Part shown: positions 57,432-64,000 of the stretch, piece after piece
Position numbering within the stretch: position 1 is the stretch's first letter
How the letters are laid out: every line of letters starts with the position of its first letter
Virus record (IMG/VR): IMGVR_UViG_3300011008_000010
Location: 1-64,000 of that record
DNA length: 64,000 nucleotides
Strand: one strand, 5' to 3'
Source: a virus
Taxonomy: Duplodnaviria > Caudoviricetes
Notes under the pieces: generated by a model
The model's database searches: none
What the model saw: the letters and a program-made list of their open reading frames with translations, nothing else
What the model was told of the DNA's origin: nothing
Program-made: the position numbers and the translations under genes

Positions 57432-58016
57432 ATGGCAATAGCAATTAGATTTAAAAAGGTAAACGCTTTGCCAAGTTCTCCTGTTGACACCTCGTTTTAT
57501 TTTGTAAATGATAAGGATTTATATCTTGGCAACAGAAAATTAAATAACGAAGATGATTTGTCTGCGCTTGTGGCGAGAGTCGAAACGATTGAAGGTATTA
57601 TACCCGGTATCGCAACAGAAGCGTCTGACATTATTGTTAATGACAAAGACGGATTAATTGACGCCAATAACGTCGAAGACGCACTTGCAGAACTTGCAAG
57701 AAAAATTGGAGCTGCTGGCGGTGCGTTTGAAGATTTTTCTTTGTTGAGAATCACTCCTGATGATTGGACCGGTTATGTCCGAGAAGGTGGACGTTATTGG
57801 AATACTGCGACATTTAATGTAACGGAAGTCAATGGCAATATTATCCATGCAATACCATGTGGTGGAACATTGGATGTTATGCCTACATTAGAGGAAGAAC
57901 AGCTTGTTTATGGGATGAAGGCATATATCGACCTTGATGATAACAAGGCAACTTTTTATTCTCCTGTTATTCCGGAAATAAGCGTTGTGTTGGCGATTTC
58001 TCAAGTCGCATTTTGA
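57432..58016 (+). CDS. fiber-like virion accessory protein
   Basis: FYFV...LYLG, ASDI...ANNVEDALAEL. Confidence 0.65.
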   Translation: MAIAIRFKKVNALPSSPVDTSFYFVNDKDLYLGNRKLNNEDDLSALVARVETIEGIIPGIATEASDIIVNDKDGLIDANNVEDALAELARKIGAAGGAFEDFSLLRITPDDWTGYVREGGRYWNTATFNVTEVNGNIIHAIPCGGTLDVMPTLEEEQLVYGMKAYIDLDDNKATFYSPVIPEISVVLAISQVAF

Positions 58017-58046
58017 TAAAAAGGGATTAAACGGAGGAATGTTAAT

Positions 58047-58409
58047 ATGAGGCTTCTTGAATTTTCTGAGGAAGAAAAGAAAGAGCGCAAGATCAGGATT
58101 CGTATAGCTATTGAGGATAAATACAATACGCTAAAGCATTATAAAAAAAAGACCGGCATGACTTCTTTACAAGGTTTAGATAGTATGATTAACAGCAAGA
58201 CTGTTCAGACGTATTTGAGGCTTTGCAGGGATCTGAGATTGGATCCGTATGATCTTATTTCAATCGATTCTTTTTATGAAAACAGAAAAGAAAACCTTCT
58301 TGAAAATAGACTTCTTTCGTTTTACTGCATGTTAAATCGTGATGGCCGTGAGCGTTTTCTGGATTTATTTGAAGACGTTATCAGCATAGAGAAATACAGG
58401 CGAGTTTAA
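58047..58409 (+). CDS. XRE-like HTH protein
   Basis: VQTYLRLCRDLRLDPYDL and LL.FY..LN.DGR C-terminal motif. Confidence 0.6.
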   Translation: MRLLEFSEEEKKERKIRIRIAIEDKYNTLKHYKKKTGMTSLQGLDSMINSKTVQTYLRLCRDLRLDPYDLISIDSFYENRKENLLENRLLSFYCMLNRDGRERFLDLFEDVISIEKYRRV

Positions 58410-58437
58410 AAAGGACAATAAAGAAAGGAAGGAACAA

Positions 58438-59037
58438 ATGGCTTACAGAAAGAGAACAGCGCCGGAAACAGAAATGGAACAGATTGACGGAGACGATTTT
58501 TTACAGAAGGAGGAGCCTGAAATTCAGGTGGTTGAAAAACAGGTACAGAAAGAAAAACCTGTTGTAAAACAATATGCTCCTACAGATTTAATTCCGTGTA
58601 GATCTGTTGTACAAGGAGCGCTGCTCTTCAAGGGAACAAAAACAAATACATCTTACAAATGGGAGGCTGCTAATGATGTAGTTGAAGTAGAATATCAAGA
58701 TCTTCGATCTGCAAAGGCATCAAGGCACGCGTTTTTAATGAGAGGGTATTTTATTATTGAAGACCCAGAGTTACTTGCATTACCGGAATGGGAAGATGTT
58801 AGGAAGAAATATGGAGAAATGTATTCCAGAAAAGATTTGACGTCTATCTTCAAACTGGATGTCGCGGATATGATCAAAGCAATTAATAGTTTGCCTGATG
58901 GCGTAAGAGCCCAGATGGGTAATATTGCAAAAGGTTTAATGGAAGCCGGGTCTCTGGATTCTATTAAAAAGATCACGGCGATTGATACCCTTCTTGGCAC
59001 AGATCTCATGTTATTTGTAGGTGGCGGAGAAAAATAA
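58438..59037 (+). CDS. head-associated structural protein (yonA position)
   Basis: IPCRS...G.L...Y.W...EVEYQDL; LDS..KI..I...LG. Confidence 0.65.
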   Translation: MAYRKRTAPETEMEQIDGDDFLQKEEPEIQVVEKQVQKEKPVVKQYAPTDLIPCRSVVQGALLFKGTKTNTSYKWEAANDVVEVEYQDLRSAKASRHAFLMRGYFIIEDPELLALPEWEDVRKKYGEMYSRKDLTSIFKLDVADMIKAINSLPDGVRAQMGNIAKGLMEAGSLDSIKKITAIDTLLGTDLMLFVGGGEK

Positions 59038-59051
59038 TACGGGTGATCTAT

Positions 59052-59528
59052 ATGGGAACCGCTTTTACTGAAATATACGCAAGATTCTCTAACAAGGTTA
59101 CTGATTATATCTTGCTTGAATTGTCGGATCAGGATGCTGTGGATATAATGCATGGCTATCTGCTGAGCGCCATTTCGAAACTACGAGAGCTTCGGAATGG
59201 CGCTTTTGACTATACCGAAAATGAAGAAGAAATTGATGATGATGAAGAAGTGTATTTAATTGGGCCTCATTTTATCAATAATCTTATAGAAACGGAAAAA
59301 GAGCTTCTTGCTCTTGGTATGGTTGAAGAATGGATGGAGCCCCAGATTAATAGTGTGTTAAACACAAGACAGTTTATTTCTTCAAAAGAAACAAACTTTT
59401 TTGCCCAACACAATCATTTTAACGGGCTTCTTCATCTCCAAACGGAAACAAAACATGAAAAAGATTATTTATTGACGCAGTATAAAACGCTGCACAATGA
59501 CTATCTCGGAACTACTGAGTTGGTGTAA
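59052..59528 (+). CDS. head-tail adaptor
   Basis: T.F.EIY.RF.NKVTDY, E.E.LA.GM...W. Confidence 0.7.
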   Translation: MGTAFTEIYARFSNKVTDYILLELSDQDAVDIMHGYLLSAISKLRELRNGAFDYTENEEEIDDDEEVYLIGPHFINNLIETEKELLALGMVEEWMEPQINSVLNTRQFISSKETNFFAQHNHFNGLLHLQTETKHEKDYLLTQYKTLHNDYLGTTELV

Positions 59529-59540
59529 AAGGATATTTAT

Positions 59541-59846
59541 ATGGAAACAAAATACTGTACGCTTTCCGAAGATCAGAGGGCCGGTACAATCAAAAGTTTA
59601 CACAGTAGCATTTACTGGTGTCTTTTATACAAGGAACGTAATGATGAATGTCTCGAAAAGTATTTCGAATTCCTGATGTTTAAAATTGGTGGAATTAATA
59701 GTCTGCTTGGTTATCCTGCCAAGATGGTTGAACTTCTTACTCTTTTAGAAGCCGCAAGGCTCGAACTTCAGAAGGGTGAGAACTTTAACTCTAAGCTTTA
59801 TAGAAAAGCAATCCTTGATGCGGAAACTGTGGTAGATAAATTGTAA
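59541..59846 (+). CDS. hypothetical structural-module protein
   Basis: 101 aa in head-tail cluster. Confidence 0.7.
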   Translation: METKYCTLSEDQRAGTIKSLHSSIYWCLLYKERNDECLEKYFEFLMFKIGGINSLLGYPAKMVELLTLLEAARLELQKGENFNSKLYRKAILDAETVVDKL

Positions 59847-59861
59847 AAGAGGTGCAGCCGC

Positions 59862-61043
59862 ATGACTAAGAATTACTGGGATTTATATAAGACCCGTTTA
59901 AATCAGAATTACGGAAAGATAATTCCCGAAAGAATCAGAGAAGCGGCTGACATGGTGCAATTAAACGGATGGTATAACGATCCGCAGGTTATCATAGGAG
60001 CCGTGTTATATCGTCACTCAGAAAACGGACATGGCTCTAAATACGATATTGTTGCTGTTGAAGATGTCAAGTTCATTCGCAAAGAAGAACAGGCATTTGC
60101 GTCGCAGGCAGTAGAATTTTTTGTGCAATTCAAACCCGGCGTCGAATATGAGTTGGGTACATATATTGATATTCCAAATCATAGAGGAGAATTGCAAAGA
60201 TGGCTCATCGTCGATAAGTCAGAAGAATTGCAGTTTATCAGATTTAATATTTTAAGATGTAATTACGTTGTTAAATGGGTTAAAGATAATTATATCTGGG
60301 AATGTTTGTCTGTAGTTCGAAATGTTAATTCTTATAGTACTGGCATTTACAGAGGACAGACAATTCTTACAACAAATAATATGACGAAACTTATCATGCC
60401 AAGTGATTATGTTAGCAACGCGTTGTATTATGATATGCGAATTGTCGTATCATCCGAAGACAGAGAAATTCCATTTGTATGGAAAACGTCTAAGATTGAA
60501 GAACTTACTCCTGCTGGCATCAGCGCGTTTACAATGATTCAGGATGTTTATAATGAGCATACTGATTACAACGAAAAACATGGTGTAATTGCGGACATTA
60601 ATAAAGAGGTCATTTTCGAAGAGCCTGTTAGCAATGATATCAGACGTGGTACTGTTGATCTTTATATTTTGAAAAGAATCGGTTCTGCAAAAGAATATGT
60701 CAAGGTTTATGACAACGTTGTTAAAATTGGACAAAGAGTAAAGTTTGTTGCCACATTTTACAATTATATGGACGATCCTATTGACATACCTGCTTCATGG
60801 AAAATAGAAGGTCTTGAGATTTATAAGCAAGATGCAAGAGGAAACATTGTGGAAGATGTTTTCGGAGAACCCGTTGTTATCGGACAAAGTTATTCGGAGT
60901 ACGCTTTGGATGATAACGACAGAGAACTCAGCTTAAGGATTAATAAAGATTACTATATTGGCGGAACAAGATTCGTTGTGACAATGCAAGATACGGCTGG
61001 TGATTATGAGCCGGTTGAAATGGAAATTATAGTGGAGGCTTAA
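59862..61043 (+). CDS. head closure / head-tail joining protein
   Basis: G.YIDIP...WLI...ILRCNY..KW, RNVNSYSTG. Confidence 0.7.
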   Translation: MTKNYWDLYKTRLNQNYGKIIPERIREAADMVQLNGWYNDPQVIIGAVLYRHSENGHGSKYDIVAVEDVKFIRKEEQAFASQAVEFFVQFKPGVEYELGTYIDIPNHRGELQRWLIVDKSEELQFIRFNILRCNYVVKWVKDNYIWECLSVVRNVNSYSTGIYRGQTILTTNNMTKLIMPSDYVSNALYYDMRIVVSSEDREIPFVWKTSKIEELTPAGISAFTMIQDVYNEHTDYNEKHGVIADINKEVIFEEPVSNDIRRGTVDLYILKRIGSAKEYVKVYDNVVKIGQRVKFVATFYNYMDDPIDIPASWKIEGLEIYKQDARGNIVEDVFGEPVVIGQSYSEYALDDNDRELSLRINKDYYIGGTRFVVTMQDTAGDYEPVEMEIIVEA

Positions 61044-61048
61044 CGGTC

Positions 61049-61675
61049 GTGTCGAATTTAATTGCATCGAATACATTTTTAAGAGATTTCGAAAAAGATC
61101 CCATTATCACCCTGAAACGTAAAATAGATGAAATCCTTAGAGCAGACGACGATATTATTAAATTGTTAAAAGATAGGGATGGGGAAACACCGTTATATCA
61201 AGGTGATGAACTTTTTGAATATGACGGTATTTATCCTTTTGTATTTGTTCCGGAAGTACAAGCCCAGGACAAATGTTATATCTGTTATAAGGTAGATTAT
61301 GATGTCGTAGAAACTTCAAAAGCTCTTTCTACAATTACTCATATTATCACATTTGTTACGTTTTGTTCTGTTCAAAAGCAGGACACGGGTATGCATTGTA
61401 ATCGTGTTGATGCGATTGCTTTTTGTATAATGGATCTTTTCCAAAATAATAATCCACATGGATTTTCATGGACATTAATGGAGAACGAGGAGACGATACT
61501 GACAACCGGATATGTTGCCAGAACTTTGCAGTTCAGGTACAAGAATCCGAATCGCGTTCCAAAGACAACGTTTAAAGATAAAGGCGGTTATCTTGCTAAA
61601 ATCGAACATGATGTCAATGATGCGATGTTTACAAACAGGAATGGAGCCGTAGTTTATACGGATCCTGAAGAGTAA
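61049..61675 (+). CDS. tail terminator-like protein
   Basis: IYPF.FVPEVQ....CYIC, NRVD.IA..I; position. Confidence 0.6.
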   Translation: MSNLIASNTFLRDFEKDPIITLKRKIDEILRADDDIIKLLKDRDGETPLYQGDELFEYDGIYPFVFVPEVQAQDKCYICYKVDYDVVETSKALSTITHIITFVTFCSVQKQDTGMHCNRVDAIAFCIMDLFQNNNPHGFSWTLMENEETILTTGYVARTLQFRYKNPNRVPKTTFKDKGGYLAKIEHDVNDAMFTNRNGAVVYTDPEE

Positions 61676-61682
61676 TGAGATT

Positions 61683-62435
61683 ATGGAATTTAAAATTGAT
61701 ACAGATTGGAAGATAGATGAAGTAAAGATGTATCGTGGCGACGATTATCGTATTAACGATGTTATCTATATTCATCAGCCTAAAGTCGGTGAGATTATTG
61801 ACATGGGCGAAAAAGAATATTATGGAATGCTTTCTGCGTTCACTGCTATTCCTTCTGATCTGAAGGCGCAGTTATGGGAAAAACAAATCAATTGGATGGA
61901 TATATCGGATTTTGATTTATTTTGCATGCTGGTTCGTTCGGTTAAACCCGAACAAAGTTCTCTTCTGTTTGGAGAAGAACTTGATTTTACAAAATTTTAC
62001 CCGTATCTGAACACACAAAACAATATGATAATTCTTGAGGATGACAATGGTGTCCGGATAGATGTCAATCTTTATAACGGTATCGCTCAATACCTCAGAA
62101 AGATGCACGGCATTGTTCCCAAGGTTGAGAAAGCGGCCAATAAAGTTACTTGGAAAGTTCTTATACGCGAATCCCAGATGAATCTGGCCGCAAATGCAAA
62201 GAAGCCGTACAAGTCTACTATGCAGCCTATGCTCTCTTCTATGGTTAATTCTCCGGGATATAAATACAACCTCAAAGAAACTATGGATATTGGTATTGTG
62301 GAGTTCATGGACTCTATTAAAAGAGTTCAGACCATTAACTATGCGCGTGACCTTACGCTCGGCATGTACATGGGAAATATCGATTCTACAAAGATCGATA
62401 AAAAGCAGCTTAATTGGCTGCGAAAACTCGATTGA
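61683..62435 (+). CDS. tail assembly protein (yomV position)
   Basis: I.IHQPKVGEIID.GE..YY; G.ID..KI....LNW. Confidence 0.65.
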   Translation: MEFKIDTDWKIDEVKMYRGDDYRINDVIYIHQPKVGEIIDMGEKEYYGMLSAFTAIPSDLKAQLWEKQINWMDISDFDLFCMLVRSVKPEQSSLLFGEELDFTKFYPYLNTQNNMIILEDDNGVRIDVNLYNGIAQYLRKMHGIVPKVEKAANKVTWKVLIRESQMNLAANAKKPYKSTMQPMLSSMVNSPGYKYNLKETMDIGIVEFMDSIKRVQTINYARDLTLGMYMGNIDSTKIDKKQLNWLRKLD

Positions 62436-62463
62436 CTCATTATTCTAAAGGAGATAAATAATC

Positions 62464-63285
62464 ATGTTTGATGTAAATAATTTCATCATTGATCGTGTTC
62501 TTAGAGGTGTTGCCTTTAAGACAAATACGTGGGATATGATTTGGTCCGTCAATCAGCTTACGGATGTCACGCTCTCCTGTTCTAGCGAAGAGACGACTGC
62601 GACCGACGCGCTTGGCACGACCATCATGACTTTCGAACGTGCAAAAACTGCACAGCTTACGGCTACAAATGCTATGTTTGATTTAGGCCTGCTTGCTCAT
62701 ACATTTGGCACAGAGAAAGAAATTGCTTCTTCGTCCAATAAGATTGCTACGCCCAAGTTCGAAGTAATCACGGTTGAGGATGGCGTGTCTGAATACACGC
62801 TGAGTCAGATGCCGAAAGAAGATGTCACGAAGATCTATTCTTTGAATGGAGATGATACGGTTGGTACGGCTTATGATGCGGCAACCGCTGCCTCTGCCAC
62901 CGAGTTCGTGTATAGTGCAGGCAAGATCACGGTTCCGACCGGCGCCGTTGCTGGCCAGGAATTTATTGTAATGTATGAATATGATGCGGAAGAGGCTGTT
63001 TCCGTTATTAACAGCGCGACGAAGTTCCCGACTGCTTTCAAGTTTATCCTTGAGGTTGTTGGTGCGGACGTTTGCGATCCTTCCACGCTGATCTATGCTT
63101 ACATTATCTTCCCGGCTGCGAAGCTGTCTTCGACGGTCGACATCAACATCGCAACCGATGGCGGTGTTCCGATTACGATTAACTGCTATCAGGAATACTG
63201 TGATCGCGAGAAGAAACTGTTCCAGATTATTGTTGTTGGCGATGAAAATGATGGCAGCGTAACTCCGGTCGTTCCGACGCCGTAA
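62464..63285 (+). CDS. major tail (tube) protein
   Basis: 273 aa Thr/Ala-rich, strong RBS, followed by a terminator. Confidence 0.75.
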   Translation: MFDVNNFIIDRVLRGVAFKTNTWDMIWSVNQLTDVTLSCSSEETTATDALGTTIMTFERAKTAQLTATNAMFDLGLLAHTFGTEKEIASSSNKIATPKFEVITVEDGVSEYTLSQMPKEDVTKIYSLNGDDTVGTAYDAATAASATEFVYSAGKITVPTGAVAGQEFIVMYEYDAEEAVSVINSATKFPTAFKFILEVVGADVCDPSTLIYAYIIFPAAKLSSTVDINIATDGGVPITINCYQEYCDREKKLFQIIVVGDENDGSVTPVVPTP

Positions 63286-63340
63286 TGGTTATTAGAAAAT
63301 AAACAGACTTTTTCGTTTGTCATGTTTTCCTCTTATTTTG

Positions 63341-63373
63341 GGAGAGATGGGGTCAAACCCATCTCTCCTATTC
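63341..63373 (+). terminator. intrinsic terminator after tail tube gene
   Basis: GGAGAGATGGG/CCCATCTCTCC stem then TATTCT. Confidence 0.6.
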
Positions 63374-63423
63374 TGGCAATCAATACGCCGGAAACAAATC
63401 ATTCAGAAGGAAAGGATTAAATT

Positions 63424-63960
63424 ATGTCTAAACTTATTTGCAAGGTTTGTGGGTCTGCGTATTCGTATTGCCCAGGGTGCGTTAAAGACATGTATAAACC
63501 TAGGTGGATGGTCAGTTTTGACAGACGTGAATGCAAAGACGTGTTTGACGCACTGGTGATGGCATCTTCTGGGGAGTTGTTGCCCAGTGAGGCGCTTGAT
63601 ATTGTTGATAATTCTGGTGTAGAAGTTAAATCAGAAAGCATTCTAAAGCATATCGCACAGCTTCGTGGAGAAGGTGGTAATAAAGATGTTGCTGCTATAT
63701 CCAAAGAAGTTGTTGAAGAGAAGAAGGAAGAGATAAAAGAAGAGGTCGTAGAAGAAAAACCTCATTCTTTATTCAAAGAAGAAAAGAAGGAAGACGTAAA
63801 AGAAGAATCTAAACAGGAAAAGGGTTTAGGTTCTTTGTTTGGCAAAAATAATAATTTCTCTTCCAATAGTAGAAACAAAGAAAAAACAAAACAGGATGCT
63901 GTGTCAATTGGTTCTGCCATTGAGCAGCTCGACGAAAAACAAGGATACAAAGAGCTCTAA
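63424..63960 (+). CDS. zinc-finger tail-region protein
   Basis: CKVCG..YSYCPGC...W...F....C; K/E-rich tail. Confidence 0.7.
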   Translation: MSKLICKVCGSAYSYCPGCVKDMYKPRWMVSFDRRECKDVFDALVMASSGELLPSEALDIVDNSGVEVKSESILKHIAQLRGEGGNKDVAAISKEVVEEKKEEIKEEVVEEKPHSLFKEEKKEDVKEESKQEKGLGSLFGKNNNFSSNSRNKEKTKQDAVSIGSAIEQLDEKQGYKEL

Positions 63961-64000
63961 AAGAAATGTCGTTACCTTACGCTGATAGGTTTTAAAACGA

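Overview
A 64 kb slice of a large, AT-rich SPbeta-like (YonO-encoding) temperate phage or prophage of a Firmicutes host. The host is probably Clostridia/Lachnospiraceae-type, inferred from GGAGG-type RBSs, sigmaA promoters and the resident IS. The left part (1-35.8 kb, all minus strand) holds a radical SAM gene, a fragmented multi-TRD C5 DNA methyltransferase, a replication module (PD-(D/E)XK nuclease, primase, DnaB-like helicase, AAA ATPase, yorF-position gene), a tyrosine recombinase / DndB-like / MrpR-like trio matching the SPbeta repression module, and about 50 small early genes. Transcription diverges near 36 kb. The right part (plus strand) holds a wHTH protein followed by iterons and AT-rich repeats (probable origin), HU, an RNA-gene cluster (tRNA-Ile(UAU), an anticodon-less tRNA, structured RNAs), a single-subunit YonO-type RNA polymerase, then terminase, portal, protease/scaffold, capsid, an intergenic DDE IS, head-tail and tail tube genes. 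The most unusual signals are mostly non-coding: (i) a ~0.9 kb heavily base-paired ORF-free element headed by a 77-nt tRNA-like fold in the early transcript; (ii) a ~450-nt structured RNA under its own promoter ahead of the RNA polymerase; (iii) a capsid 3'-UTR complementary to the RBS and start codon of the first early gene; (iv) a split methyltransferase whose poly-G tracts would change which target-recognition modules are attached, plus a nested alternative-frame gene; (v) a 50-bp IscB/IS200-605-type scar. All assignments come from reading motifs by eye; no database search or folding program was run.
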